A stretch of DNA of 64,000 nt from Candidatus Colwellbacteria bacterium CG10_big_fil_rev_8_21_14_0_10_42_22. GTDB lineage: Bacteria; Patescibacteriota; Minisyncoccia; UBA6257; Colwellbacteraceae. The notes beneath the pieces are model-generated. The model worked only from the letters and a program-made list of their open reading frames with translations, made no database searches and was not told where the DNA came from. The stretch is taken from NCBI GenBank assembly GCA_002773725.1, contig PFAH01000002.1, positions 59,590-123,589 of the forward strand, in the 5' to 3' direction. Position 1 is the first letter of the stretch; each line of letters opens with the position of its first letter. The position numbers were made by a program, and so were the translations under genes. Positions 35,037 through 45,542 of this stretch are shown here, piece by piece.

Positions 35037-36366
35037 GGGTCTTTTTAGAAAAACCTTACTTTTGTTGGGTGACTGGACGCTTCTTTACGCTTCTTTATTT
35101 GTATTAGTTCTTCTAAGGTATGGTGGGGATTGGTTGGCAAATTGGCGCCTTCACTTTAAACCTTTTTCTATCATTTTTCCCCTTTGGATATTATCAATCT
35201 ATGGAAACTATCTTTATGAAACAAGGTTTTTCAGGCAGAACCTAGATGCGCTAAGAGCTATGGGGGTGTCCATTTTTATAGCTCTTGTCACGAGTATTTC
35301 GGCATTTTACCTATTTCCACCCGGCCTCATACACCCTAGACGAAACTTGGTTATTTTTGCACTTATTTATGGTGTAACCATTGTTATTTGGAGAGCAATT
35401 TTCTATAGAATTCTTCGCAATAGCATCGAAACAAAGCTTCTCTTTTTGGGGGGAGGAAAAGAAGTCAAAGAACTCATCGTCTTCTTTAAGAAAAATCCTC
35501 ATCTTAAATACGACAATCGAGGCGTTTTTGATAAACCGCCCAGCAATTTTAAAGAAGTGACTGAAAAAATTAGCAAAGAAGGTGTCCGTTTAATAGTGGT
35601 TAAACCAGACCAAAGATCACACTCCATCAAAAACCTATTCTCGCTTCTATCTAGCGACGTGGTTGTAATTGACTTAAGCACTTTCTATGAACAAATATTT
35701 AATAAGGTAGCTCCAGGACTCGCTGACGACGCTTGGTTTATTAAAAATATGGAGAATGTCAGTTTGGGTGTCTATGAATTTGGCAAAAGAATTGTTGACC
35801 TTATAATTGGTCTTTTTGGAACCATTCTTTTTATCGTTTCCTACATACCATTGGCAATAGCTATAAAGCTTGAGTCAAAAGGACCAGTCATCTTTAAACA
35901 AAAGCGAGTCGGCAAAGGTGGTGAAGTTTTTAATATCTATAAATTTAGAAGTATGGAAGCACTCAGCCGAGATGGTTCAGCTGAAACTTCGGGAGCAACC
36001 TGGGCTAAGGTCGATGACAAAAGAATCACAACGGTTGGAAAACTTATGAGAAAAATGCGCTTGGATGAATTACCCCAATTCTGGAATATTCTAATTGGGG
36101 ATATGAGTTTTGTGGGTCCTCGACCAGAACGTCCAGAGTTTGTGGAATCACTGGCACAAAAAATTCCCTATTATAATATGCGTCACTTAGTAAAACCGGG
36201 GCTTACTGGTTGGGCACAGATCAACTACAAATACGGAGATAGCGTTAAAGATGCGGGTATAAAATTAGAATATGATATCTTCTATGCCAAAAAACGCTCT
36301 CTGACGCTGGATTTAGCAATTTTTTTAAAGACCATCAAGGTTATCTTAACTAGACAGGGGCAATAA
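35029..36366 (+). CDS. Polyprenyl-phosphate hexose-1-phosphate transferase (WbaP/bacterial sugar transferase family; priming glycosyltransferase)
   Basis: N-terminal TM bundle plus C-terminal ...KRIVDLIIGLFGTILFIVSYIPLAIAIKLESKGPVIFKQKRVGKGGEVFNIYKFRSM...DELPQFWNILIGDMSFVGPRPERPEF.... Confidence 0.85.
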   Translation: MNKGLFRKTLLLLGDWTLLYASLFVLVLLRYGGDWLANWRLHFKPFSIIFPLWILSIYGNYLYETRFFRQNLDALRAMGVSIFIALVTSISAFYLFPPGLIHPRRNLVIFALIYGVTIVIWRAIFYRILRNSIETKLLFLGGGKEVKELIVFFKKNPHLKYDNRGVFDKPPSNFKEVTEKISKEGVRLIVVKPDQRSHSIKNLFSLLSSDVVVIDLSTFYEQIFNKVAPGLADDAWFIKNMENVSLGVYEFGKRIVDLIIGLFGTILFIVSYIPLAIAIKLESKGPVIFKQKRVGKGGEVFNIYKFRSMEALSRDGSAETSGATWAKVDDKRITTVGKLMRKMRLDELPQFWNILIGDMSFVGPRPERPEFVESLAQKIPYYNMRHLVKPGLTGWAQINYKYGDSVKDAGIKLEYDIFYAKKRSLTLDLAIFLKTIKVILTRQGQ

Positions 36367-36378
36367 ACCTTTCTCTGA

Positions 36379-37200
36379 TTAACCTCTTTTGTAGATTGAG
36401 AAAATTCTGACCTTAATAATCTTAGGCATTAAATTGTAAAAAACATACAAAACGTTTCTTATATAAGAAAAGATTAAGTATTTGGAATACCCTGGATAAT
36501 TTTTTCCGTATTTTTTAATTAATTTGGTATTTTTTGATAACTGTTCTTTCTTGTTTTGAGAGCTAATGCCACCGCTATCTAAAAGAAAGGATGTGCAGTT
36601 ATGATTAATCCCTGCAAACTTTGCATGCCCCCCAACACGCAACCAAAGATCATAGTCCTCTAGATGTAGCGTCTCTTCAGATTCTGAATATCCTCCGAGC
36701 TTCACAACTAGATCTTTTCTAAACATAACCGATGCATGAATATAGGGATTCTTCTTTAAAATTTTCCTCCTTATCTCGCTATCCTTAGTGGCCAGCTCGT
36801 ATTTAAAAAGTTCGTTACCTACTTTATCTATGATTATTGCCCCCGTACCAACAACACCAATATCAGGATTAGAATCTAAAAACTCGACTTGTCTTTGTAG
36901 TTTGTCTTTACAATTCCACCAATCATCATCGTCTAATCGAGCAACATATTCACCTTTCGATTCTTTGAGGCCTCTATTTAAGGTTTTTTGGATGCGTAAA
37001 TTTTTCTCATTTTTAAGAACTCTAACTCGCGAATCATCAAGGTATTTCTTTTCGATAGTAGCATCAATCGCTGGACTAGAGCCGTCGTCAATGATAATCA
37101 ATTCCCAATCAACATATGTTTGCTCAAAAACACTACCAATTGCTCTGTTTATAAACTGATGCCCATTATAAGTGGGCAGGACTATAGATACTTTAGGCAT
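36379..37200 (-). CDS. Family 2 glycosyltransferase
   Basis: VSIVLPTYNGHQFINRAIGSVFEQTYVDWELIIIDDGS (the GT2 DxD context). Confidence 0.8.
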   Translation of the reverse strand: MPKVSIVLPTYNGHQFINRAIGSVFEQTYVDWELIIIDDGSSPAIDATIEKKYLDDSRVRVLKNEKNLRIQKTLNRGLKESKGEYVARLDDDDWWNCKDKLQRQVEFLDSNPDIGVVGTGAIIIDKVGNELFKYELATKDSEIRRKILKKNPYIHASVMFRKDLVVKLGGYSESEETLHLEDYDLWLRVGGHAKFAGINHNCTSFLLDSGGISSQNKKEQLSKNTKLIKKYGKNYPGYSKYLIFSYIRNVLYVFYNLMPKIIKVRIFSIYKRG

Positions 37201-37887
37201 CTATTGAATAGAGGCATATCTTTCGGGAGTTCCAATATCTAAGAAGTCATCTTCTATAACGTGACCATAGCACGGTTTTTCTGCAACTATCTTCGGAAAG
37301 AAATCATACTCAATTGAGAATTTGCCATCGGGCATAGAGAGTAAAAGTTCTTTCTCAAAGATATACTGTCCAACCGATACCAAGGCCTTTTCTACTTTTT
37401 CACTTTTCTCAATAAAATCTAAAATTTTATAATCATCGCCTATAACAACAGATCCAAGATCTCTATTCTTTTGTTTCGTCAAAAGCAAGCTAAGAGCGCT
37501 TCCTTTCTCCAAATGGCTATTCAAAAAATCGTGGTGGTGAGCTTTGAAAATGATGTCTCCATTTAGAGTAAAAAACCTGTTTCCTTCGATGTGGTGTCCC
37601 GCCAACTTAATAGCCCCACCTGTTCCAAGCTCTTCTTCTTCCTTAGATATTATGAAATCTATATCCCTATATTTACCGCGAAGCTCTTTATTCAAATATT
37701 CTTCTATTTTTTCAGATAAATGCCCTGTGGCCAGAATAATCTTCTTGACTGGTCCTTGTTTGACCAAATCATCTATCATCAAATCTAAAATTGTTCCCTT
37801 ACGAGTGGGCGCTAACACTTTCGGCATATCACTTAAAACCGAATTAATCCTCGTTCCCTTGCCGCCACAAAGTATAATTGCTTCCAT
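37201..37887 (-). CDS. Sugar-1-phosphate nucleotidyltransferase (NTP_transferase family; candidate HddC/RmlA-like)
   Basis: MEAIILCGGKGTRINSVLSDMPKVLAP is the G-loop GGxGTR. Confidence 0.75.
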   Translation of the reverse strand: MEAIILCGGKGTRINSVLSDMPKVLAPTRKGTILDLMIDDLVKQGPVKKIILATGHLSEKIEEYLNKELRGKYRDIDFIISKEEEELGTGGAIKLAGHHIEGNRFFTLNGDIIFKAHHHDFLNSHLEKGSALSLLLTKQKNRDLGSVVIGDDYKILDFIEKSEKVEKALVSVGQYIFEKELLLSMPDGKFSIEYDFFPKIVAEKPCYGHVIEDDFLDIGTPERYASIQ

Positions 37888-38008
37888 ACTCTTAATCTTT
37901 TATATAGGGTTTATCTATAATCCGTCTCAATATCGCAGTCTATATCTTTGTTGCGCGAAACGTCAATAATAACAGGAAGGGCTGTGTGGTGTTTGTAATT
38001 AAACGTTT

Positions 38009-39352
38009 TTACAATTCAAAACCTTGTGTTGAGTTAGATCTCTCTGCACCACTAAGTTCAAGCGTGGCATATCCTACAATCATACCCATAATAAACCACA
38101 GCCCCTTTAGAGTTAGTATATCAATAAATATTCCGCTAATCAGAAAAAATAAAAAAATTATTGATAGGGTTATTCCAATAAAATCTTTCTTTTTTGATAT
38201 CTTAATAGCATTCCGAGAAACTACACCAAGAAATATAATCCACAGAAGAAATCCTCCCCATCCAGCCGTAAGTGGGACTTGGAGCCAAAAGTTATGTGCT
38301 CCTTTTCCGTGCTGAATTGGGTTCCAGTTTTGGTATGCCGGGCCAAATCCGAGTGGAGACTTTATTATATTGTCTAAACCCTGCCTCCATAAATCTCCGC
38401 GAGAGATATCAAAAGAATCTATTTGAGTATCTTTATAAAAAGAGGCGTACAATTCATTATCCCCTTCTAAAATCCAATCTTTTACGACTATCTCGCGTAA
38501 ATTCTCATTGGATAGAACCGGTCTTATAGATCTTTCATATATAGAAATTTGAGTATCTTTAGGCAAAACAATAAATGCCATTGAGATCGAAAAGATAAAA
38601 AGGCAAAAAAGGATAAATATGGCTTTGGTTCTTTCTCGTGAAAATCCTTGAGATAAATACAAGATTAAAAGAAGAATAAATGATGCGACGAAGGCAAGAA
38701 TACTACCTCTTGAATTTGTCCATAAGAAAAGGGGCGTCACGAGAACAATGTGGAAAACGCCAAGCCACCGTAAATGCGATTCCCTATAGAGATATAGAAC
38801 GGAGGCAATCAAAAGGCTAATAGCAATGAAGCTCGCTGTGATATTGGGATCATCTTGCATCCCAACAAGTCGTGCATTGTCAATAAAGAAACTCTCCCAC
38901 CTTGGAACAAATGCAGCGAAAAATAACAACGGCGAGGTCAGCATCGCCAAAAGCCCCCAACGAAGACCTCTCTCGTGCCTAATAACAACATACGTTGAGA
39001 TAAAAAAGACCAGAATAGCAAGGGCGATGTTGGCGTATCCAAGATATACTTGTGGCGCAAATAATAACCATTTAGAAAACACCGATATGCTTCCTATAAG
39101 CATAAAGAGGCATAACGCACCAAGGAGCATACCATAAAGAACCCTCGTCGATTTTAAGCTATACCACAAGGAACGACTTTCCGCAGATATTATAAATTCA
39201 AATAATATAAGCAAAAAGAGGGCCACTAAAAAAACCTCGAATGGTTTTAGCGTACTCGTTAAGAAGGGTTTACCTTGTCGCCAAACAAGACTAAAAATTG
39301 TCAGAGCAAATATGGCAGGTGTTACGTAGCGACGATAATCAGGCAAGCTCAT
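38009..39352 (-). CDS. O-antigen ligase / Wzy-like polytopic membrane protein
   Basis: 447 aa with more than 10 TM segments, ...WTNSRGSILAFVASFILL... and ...HGKGAHNFWLQVPLTAGWGGFLLW... (Wzy_C-like). Confidence 0.55.
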   Translation of the reverse strand: MSLPDYRRYVTPAIFALTIFSLVWRQGKPFLTSTLKPFEVFLVALFLLILFEFIISAESRSLWYSLKSTRVLYGMLLGALCLFMLIGSISVFSKWLLFAPQVYLGYANIALAILVFFISTYVVIRHERGLRWGLLAMLTSPLLFFAAFVPRWESFFIDNARLVGMQDDPNITASFIAISLLIASVLYLYRESHLRWLGVFHIVLVTPLFLWTNSRGSILAFVASFILLLILYLSQGFSRERTKAIFILFCLFIFSISMAFIVLPKDTQISIYERSIRPVLSNENLREIVVKDWILEGDNELYASFYKDTQIDSFDISRGDLWRQGLDNIIKSPLGFGPAYQNWNPIQHGKGAHNFWLQVPLTAGWGGFLLWIIFLGVVSRNAIKISKKKDFIGITLSIIFLFFLISGIFIDILTLKGLWFIMGMIVGYATLELSGAERSNSTQGFEL

Positions 39353-40011
39353 AATTTAGACCTCTGTGTAATCGTGGATCTCTCTGCGCCGACAACTTCC
39401 TTAATTACAAAATCTTTGCCGTCAAATTCAAGCACGGCATATCCTCCGGTTCTAAGAGCCCCGTCTCTCAAGTTTTCATGCTTTCCCAAACTGAGATGCA
39501 ATAGAAACATTCTTATAGCATACCTATGAGCGACTATTAAAACTTTTTCCCCGAGATGGCTAGTGGCTACTTCTCTTAAGTAAGTAATGAACCTATCAAG
39601 TAGTTCTTTGTCGGATTCGATGGATGGATGCGCTTTATGCACCCACCTCTCTTCAGTACTTAATTGATTATCAAATTTCTCAAACTCGTCTTTTAGAACC
39701 TCCATATATTCACCATGATTCTTGCCTTCAAATATTCCAAAATATTTTTCTCTTAAGAATGGAGACGTCTTAATTTCTATACCTCGACTTAACCTTATTA
39801 TTTCCGCGGTACGCCTTGTCCTATCTAAATCAGAAGAATAAATAGCATCAAATTTAACACCCTTAAAAACATCGGCCACTTCTTCCGCTTGTCTTTCTCC
39901 TTTCTCAGTTAACGGTGAGTTCGTGTGCCCTTGAACGATTTTATTGACATTGGCTTCGGATTCTCCATGTCGAACCAAATAGATTGTACACACCCCATTT
40001 TCTTTATTCAT
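39349..40011 (-). CDS. Histidine phosphatase family protein (phosphoglycerate-mutase-like)
   Basis: IYLVRHGESEANVNKIVQGHTNSPLTEKGERQAEEV is the RHG catalytic motif. A 4-nt overlap with the upstream gene indicates an operon. Confidence 0.8.
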   Translation of the reverse strand: MNKENGVCTIYLVRHGESEANVNKIVQGHTNSPLTEKGERQAEEVADVFKGVKFDAIYSSDLDRTRRTAEIIRLSRGIEIKTSPFLREKYFGIFEGKNHGEYMEVLKDEFEKFDNQLSTEERWVHKAHPSIESDKELLDRFITYLREVATSHLGEKVLIVAHRYAIRMFLLHLSLGKHENLRDGALRTGGYAVLEFDGKDFVIKEVVGAERSTITQRSKL

Positions 40012-40466
40012 TTACCCAACTTGTCCTGATAATTTTTTAAGAAGTTATCGATTAGCCATGAGCTTGACTGCACTTTATCGCCACCAATGCCAGCCACCAT
40101 TTTGCACCCTATTTCTTCACAAGCCGCAATCTCAAATTCATTAGTAATACCTTTATCGCCACCGTTTACAAAAATGTCTGGCTTAACTTTTCTTAACGTA
40201 AATCCTATATGCCCATAGTCCGCATTCTTTGGATGCTCTGTTAAGACAACCCCGTCAACAGATTTTAGCGCTTTTATAATTTCTACCCTTTCTTTCTCCG
40301 GCATAAAGACATACCCCTTTTTCTTCATAAGCCAATTGTCGTTGTTTAAAATTACAACCAATTTGTTTCCAAGCTTTTTGGCCTCTTCGAACAAACGAAT
40401 ATGCCCAACATGAATTGGGTCAAACCCACCTGATACTGCTACGGTTATTTCTTTTTTTTGAACCAC
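40008..40466 (-). CDS. Cytidylyltransferase-like nucleotidyltransferase (HIGH-motif family; HldE-domain-II / TagD-like)
   Basis: ITVAVSGGFDPIHVGHIRLFEEAKKLG gives the (H/T)xGH motif of the cytidylyltransferase superfamily. Confidence 0.75.
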   Translation of the reverse strand: MVQKKEITVAVSGGFDPIHVGHIRLFEEAKKLGNKLVVILNNDNWLMKKKGYVFMPEKERVEIIKALKSVDGVVLTEHPKNADYGHIGFTLRKVKPDIFVNGGDKGITNEFEIAACEEIGCKMVAGIGGDKVQSSSWLIDNFLKNYQDKLGK

Positions 40467-40485
40467 TTAGTTTTTTATAAAACTC

Positions 40486-41472
40486 TTATTTCGGTTGGTA
40501 ATGAATAATCTGACTGCCAGAACTCTCGAACTTAAACGGGACATGAACTAAATCGCTTAAGGCCTCTCTAACTTTATCTTGGAGCTCTGGTTTAACAAAA
40601 AATAATATGAATCCTCTGCCACCAGCACCGAGCAGTTTGCCTCCAAGCGCGCCGGCTTTAGTACCCTTATCATAGATCTCATCTATTTTCGAATTCGAGA
40701 TAAGGTCGGCTAATGTTCTTTTGAGCTTCCATGTCTCGTCTAAAAGATGTCCGAAATCTTCAATACTATCGTTCTTAAATAATATTTTTTCTGCATCAGT
40801 AACTAAACTGGCCATTTTTTGAAGTTCTGTGCTTTTCTTGGGAGTGTTTTTTATTTGCTCGGCCGCTACCTTAAGGCCCATCTTAGTAGTGCCGGTAAAA
40901 AATAGCATAAGGTGGCTTTGCAACTCATCAATTCTTTGTTTTTGTAATGCTAGTGGAACCACCTCGAATTCTTCTTCTCCACCAAAGATAATTTTATTAA
41001 ATCCGCCGAAGGCGACGGCGATTTGATCCTGAATTCCCCCATCTTCTTTCAAAACGTTCCGTTCTATGTGAATAGCTTCCGAAGCAAGCTGTTCTTTACT
41101 AGGCAGATGTCCTTTCAGTGTATGTAGAGCATTTAGAAGGCCGACTGCGAAAGAAGAGCTGGAGCCCATCCCGGACCAAGCTGGTAAATCTGCAGAATTG
41201 TGAATCTCCATACCATCAGAAATATTTAAAAATTTTAAAACCTCGCGGACAACCGGATGCTCAATTTCATCAATATTTTTAACCGCCTCTATTTTAGACC
41301 AAACAATTTTATATTTATTATCAAAAAATGGCGGAAGGTAACGACAGTTAAGATAGGAATATTTGTCTATTGTCGTTGAAAGGACAACTCCTCCGTTTTC
41401 CCTATACCAAACCGGATAATCAGTCCCTCCTCCGAAGAAAGATATTCTAAATGGCGTTCGTGAAATAATCAT
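40486..41472 (-). CDS. GHMP-family sugar kinase (COG2605; D-glycero-D-manno-heptose 7-phosphate kinase HddA-like)
   Basis: RTPFRISFFGGGTDYPVWY and ...PAWSGMGSSSSFAVGLLNAL... (GHMP ATP-binding loop). Confidence 0.75.
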   Translation of the reverse strand: MIISRTPFRISFFGGGTDYPVWYRENGGVVLSTTIDKYSYLNCRYLPPFFDNKYKIVWSKIEAVKNIDEIEHPVVREVLKFLNISDGMEIHNSADLPAWSGMGSSSSFAVGLLNALHTLKGHLPSKEQLASEAIHIERNVLKEDGGIQDQIAVAFGGFNKIIFGGEEEFEVVPLALQKQRIDELQSHLMLFFTGTTKMGLKVAAEQIKNTPKKSTELQKMASLVTDAEKILFKNDSIEDFGHLLDETWKLKRTLADLISNSKIDEIYDKGTKAGALGGKLLGAGGRGFILFFVKPELQDKVREALSDLVHVPFKFESSGSQIIHYQPK

Positions 41473-42431
41473 GTCTTTATTTCTAACACAATCTTTTCGT
41501 TGTGATCTAAAAACTTAATAGTTTTTTGACCTTTAAGTTTGTTTCTGAAATCCGCAACTTTTTTATTATAACTTTCTGTTAACTCAGTATCGAGCTTTCT
41601 CAAATCCTGTCCCTCTATATGCATTCTACTGAAATTACCCGCGAGCGGTAGTCCATAAGCTAAGTAACCTCTCGTGTTGAAATTAAATGTAAAATCCAAA
41701 AGTGCAGAGTTCGTCATTGTTTCTTTTGGAAATCTAGTAGTATTTCTTACATACACGTCTTTGCGCACACACATATTTTGCTCAGGAAAGGCACGGCCGG
41801 TCTTTAACCAATAATAAAACCACTTCTCTTTCTGTGGGATGTCTTGCTTGAAAAAACTGCGAAACACCATTCCAACCCGACGAGGCGTTAGTTTACGAAC
41901 TATTCGTAAGAAATGAAGAGGCGCCGATATACTATGCCAGCTCACTTTTGAAACAGCCGTAGAAATAGGTCTAGTGTTTTCTTTATATCGCTTATCTTTA
42001 AGAAACTTCGCGTAGGCATAGTGCGGACCCAATAACTTGCCGTCCTCGCTCATATTAAATGGAATTCCCCAAACCAAAGAAACCTCTGGATGTTCTTTAA
42101 GAACCTCGATGCAACGCTCAAACCAATCATTATCCAAAAATCCATCCTGACCACAAAGCTGAAACAAATATTCTCCCTTAGTAAGAGCGAGGGCTTTATC
42201 TAACCCATGCCACTGTCCCTTATCAGGCTCAGAAACAACGGTGATGTTTTTATATTTTGATGTATATTCATTTAATATATCTAAAGTTTTATCAGTTGAT
42301 GCTCCATCCATAATGATTAATTCCCAATTTGGATAAGTTTGGCTAACCACTGATTCCAGCGTCTCATGAATGAATTGCGCATCATTACGAACGGCGCAGA
42401 TAATAGAAACTAGAGGTTTTTCTGATGCCAT
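41469..42431 (-). CDS. Family 2 glycosyltransferase
   Basis: PLVSIICAVRNDAQFIHETLESVVSQTYPNWELIIMDGASTD. Confidence 0.8.
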   Translation of the reverse strand: MASEKPLVSIICAVRNDAQFIHETLESVVSQTYPNWELIIMDGASTDKTLDILNEYTSKYKNITVVSEPDKGQWHGLDKALALTKGEYLFQLCGQDGFLDNDWFERCIEVLKEHPEVSLVWGIPFNMSEDGKLLGPHYAYAKFLKDKRYKENTRPISTAVSKVSWHSISAPLHFLRIVRKLTPRRVGMVFRSFFKQDIPQKEKWFYYWLKTGRAFPEQNMCVRKDVYVRNTTRFPKETMTNSALLDFTFNFNTRGYLAYGLPLAGNFSRMHIEGQDLRKLDTELTESYNKKVADFRNKLKGQKTIKFLDHNEKIVLEIKT

Positions 42432-43228
42432 ATTTTCGCTTCTTTAATTACCTCGTCAACACCTTGTTCTAAGGAAAATGCCGGTTTCCATGATTTTAGA
42501 AGTATTTCTGGAAAATACATCGGGGACTTGCCAGGGTTAGATCCAAGCACAACCTCTGCGTCCAATTTTTCTCCGATCAAGCTGGCAATGTGTTTAACAG
42601 AGACCCATTCGTCGCTTGTAACATCCGCATGTTTTTGACCGATATCAAACTGATGAACGAGTGCCTTGGCACAGTCCTTCACATATAAAAACTGACGCTC
42701 CTCTTCGCCATTACTCATAAGTTCAATCGTCCCTGTTGTTATGCCTTTCCAAATTAAATCGGGGATAAGGTGGCTCTTTTCACCAATTGGTTCCCATCCA
42801 TATACATTCCAGAGTCGAGCAACATGTCCCCCAAGAATCCATGTCCACATTTCACCAACACGCTTAGTTGCACCCAACGTCGTCATATTTGAAGATGGAG
42901 CCGCTTGGGAACTAACAAAAAGGAATGGTTTTTTCGTTTGCTGTAAAACTCCAAATACCGACTGACACAACCGAAGATTAGAATTCAAAATTTCGGATTC
43001 ATACTCGGGTAGATTTTCTTTTTTCCAAACTCCAACATCCCAAGCTAAGAACCAGACCCTGTCTGCCCACTCAAACTTATCAATATATTTTTCGGCCTCC
43101 CTAAGATCATGGTCATCTCCACGAGAAAGAATAGAAACTTTTTCTCCTTTTTCTTCTAAAAGAATGGCTAAATGTGAACCGATTAGCCCTCTTCCCAAAA
43201 TCAAATTTTTCCTAGCTTTTGCCTTCAT
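42410..43228 (-). CDS. NAD(P)-dependent epimerase/reductase-like protein (Rossmann fold)
   Basis: NLILGRGLIGSHLAILLEEKGEKV glycine-rich loop; an atypical short SDR-like protein. Confidence 0.55.
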   Translation of the reverse strand: MKAKARKNLILGRGLIGSHLAILLEEKGEKVSILSRGDDHDLREAEKYIDKFEWADRVWFLAWDVGVWKKENLPEYESEILNSNLRLCQSVFGVLQQTKKPFLFVSSQAAPSSNMTTLGATKRVGEMWTWILGGHVARLWNVYGWEPIGEKSHLIPDLIWKGITTGTIELMSNGEEERQFLYVKDCAKALVHQFDIGQKHADVTSDEWVSVKHIASLIGEKLDAEVVLGSNPGKSPMYFPEILLKSWKPAFSLEQGVDEVIKEAKIWHQKNL

Positions 43229-43333
43229 CGCTTAAATATACTACGAATTTGGGTATCTATGAGCAAGTAAATTCATTTTTATTTAAAAATCATCGATTAA
43301 ATCGACGATTTTCACCTCTTAAAAACTGTTTAA

Positions 43334-44272
43334 TTAAATATTAGACAGCCCCTCTTTAGAATCAATCTCCTGATAACCTTTAATAAGTTCTCTAATTCCA
43401 TCTTGGATAGAGTGGTCTGGTTTAAATCCAGTTTTCTCGATTTTCTCATTTGAAACAATATAGTCCCGCTTATCTGGATCTTCCCCTTCTGAAATCTCGT
43501 ATTCGAATTCCGAAATCTGTTTTTTAATTTCCTCGCAGAGTTCTTGCTTGCTTAAATTCGCGGTTGATAAACCAACGTTATACGGCTCATTTTTCATCTT
43601 CTCAAAGTTGTTCATCGCGTGAATAAACGCCTTAACAACATCCCGAACATGAATGTAGTTTCGCTTAGCGTGGGGCTGAAACACTTTCATCCTCCTCTCT
43701 TTAACCGCAGTAAATACAAAATCGTTGACCAGGAGGTCAAGACGCATCCTCGGACTGATGCCAAAAACCGTAGCAAGGCGTAAGGTTATCGCCTCTCCAT
43801 CATCTAAAAGTGCTTTCTCTGCATCAACCTTAAGTTTTCCATAGAGAGAAACTGGGTGAAGAGGGCTCTGCTCGTCACAGAAGCTTGTTCCCTCTTCCAT
43901 ATAGCCATAACCGCTATTGGTGTTTGGAAATATTATCTTCTGAGTATCTTTGTCGCGAAGCTTAATAATTAGTTCGATAGCATCGAGATTCACTCCCTTT
44001 GCCTCCTCGGGACTCTTGTCACAAAGAGGCGCACCAACAAGTGCGGCCAAGGGAATTATAAAATCTTTATCCTTCATATGTTCACTCATCAAATCTTCAT
44101 CACGAACATCTCCTTTAAGTAAGTTAAGGTTTCTATTATACATCACATCAAAGAGCGATCGCTGACCGAACATGAAGCTATCTATGACGGTTACTTCGTG
44201 ACCTAATTCTAAAAGCTTGGGAACCAATACAGAACCAATATATCCAGCGCCTCCTGTAACCAAAATTTTCAT
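43334..44272 (-). CDS. NAD-dependent nucleotide-sugar epimerase/dehydratase (extended SDR)
   Basis: MKILVTGGAGYIGSVLVPKLLELGHEVTVID; a YxxxK context is present. Confidence 0.8.
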   Translation of the reverse strand: MKILVTGGAGYIGSVLVPKLLELGHEVTVIDSFMFGQRSLFDVMYNRNLNLLKGDVRDEDLMSEHMKDKDFIIPLAALVGAPLCDKSPEEAKGVNLDAIELIIKLRDKDTQKIIFPNTNSGYGYMEEGTSFCDEQSPLHPVSLYGKLKVDAEKALLDDGEAITLRLATVFGISPRMRLDLLVNDFVFTAVKERRMKVFQPHAKRNYIHVRDVVKAFIHAMNNFEKMKNEPYNVGLSTANLSKQELCEEIKKQISEFEYEISEGEDPDKRDYIVSNEKIEKTGFKPDHSIQDGIRELIKGYQEIDSKEGLSNI

Positions 44273-44284
44273 AGCAAATCTATT

Positions 44285-45529
44285 CTACACTTCCTTGGGA
44301 TTAATGGGAAAATAAAATTCCACTCCATCCTTAATTAGCTCTTGATTATTGGCTAAAATTTCCTTTTTGAAATTCCAGGCAAGCACGTAATAGACGTCTG
44401 GTAATTCTTTTAATTCTTTTTCAATCAGAATCTCTAGGTGCGACCCAGGCGAATAGAGCCCACGACGTGATTCGTTCTTTTCTACAAGATAATCAAGATA
44501 TTTCGAGTCGACTCCAAAATAATTCATTAACGTATTGCCTTTCACCGGAGCACCCATGCCGTAGATCTTCTTGCCTTCTGCTTTCTTTTGCTCAAGATAT
44601 GCAATATTTTCCTGCTTCATCGTTTCAAGTCTTTTCGCAAACCCCAAATATGTTTCGTATTCGTTGCTCTTATCTCTTTTCTCCTGCTCAACGTAAGCTT
44701 TGAGTTGTTCCGAGGGCGTTTTTGCGTCCCTATGTGTTACATACGCCACCATTGAACCTCCATGAGCTGGCGTTAAATAGGCGTCAAACGTAGAAAGGCC
44801 ATGACGATTCAGAAGTGTTTCTACGTTCTTTAGGTTGTAATAGAGTAGGTGCTCGTGATAAATCTGGTCAAAAGCCAAATTTTCCACAATTCGCTTCATA
44901 TATAGAAATTGAATGACGAATACTCCATCTTTTGCCAAAACTTCTTTTATCCCTTCGCACACGGAATGCAATTCTTCAAGATGGAAGAAAAATCCGGCAG
45001 CGTTAACGACGTCGAATTTCTTTCCTAAGTTTTTAGCAGATTCGAGGTTAAAAAAAGCATGCACGGTGGGAATACCAGCATCATTGGCAATTTGTGCCGG
45101 CACCGTAGCTGATTCTACTCCGAGCACGTCGTAGCCAAGGTTCTTAAAATGCTTGAGTTGGGTGCCGTCATTAGAACCAAGATCCAACACCGATTTATTC
45201 TTAATTCCGTTAAAGAATCTCCTATCGACCTCTTCTGCAACTGACTTAAAGTGGTCGCTCAATGTTTTTGTAACTCCCGATAAATAAGTATGTTCGGCGA
45301 ACATTGTCTCTTTAGGAACGGTATAGTCCAACTGTGGGGTCTTGCAGTCCATACAAAAAACAACACGTAGAGGATAGAAGGGCTCTTTGCCGACTTCTTC
45401 TTTTTTGAGAAAATGATTACCCCAAGGCTGAAAACCCAGATCGATAGCAAGTTCGAGATTCTCTGAGTCACATACTCGACAATTCTTAATCAACCTCTTT
45501 GGGTCACAAACGATGTTCTTGTAGTTCAT
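44285..45529 (-). CDS. SAM-dependent C-methyltransferase with N-terminal zinc ribbon (NDP-hexose C-methyltransferase-like). The start was taken at the internal Met MNYKNIVC.
   Basis: CRVCDSENL...CMDCKTPQL Zn-ribbon, class I MTase motif VLDLGSNDGTQL, C-terminal C-methyltransferase-type domain. The annotated 45568 start would overlap the upstream gene by 26 nt. Confidence 0.65.
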   Translation of the reverse strand: MNYKNIVCDPKRLIKNCRVCDSENLELAIDLGFQPWGNHFLKKEEVGKEPFYPLRVVFCMDCKTPQLDYTVPKETMFAEHTYLSGVTKTLSDHFKSVAEEVDRRFFNGIKNKSVLDLGSNDGTQLKHFKNLGYDVLGVESATVPAQIANDAGIPTVHAFFNLESAKNLGKKFDVVNAAGFFFHLEELHSVCEGIKEVLAKDGVFVIQFLYMKRIVENLAFDQIYHEHLLYYNLKNVETLLNRHGLSTFDAYLTPAHGGSMVAYVTHRDAKTPSEQLKAYVEQEKRDKSNEYETYLGFAKRLETMKQENIAYLEQKKAEGKKIYGMGAPVKGNTLMNYFGVDSKYLDYLVEKNESRRGLYSPGSHLEILIEKELKELPDVYYVLAWNFKKEILANNQELIKDGVEFYFPINPKEV

Positions 45530-45542
45530 CTTGTCCTGTATT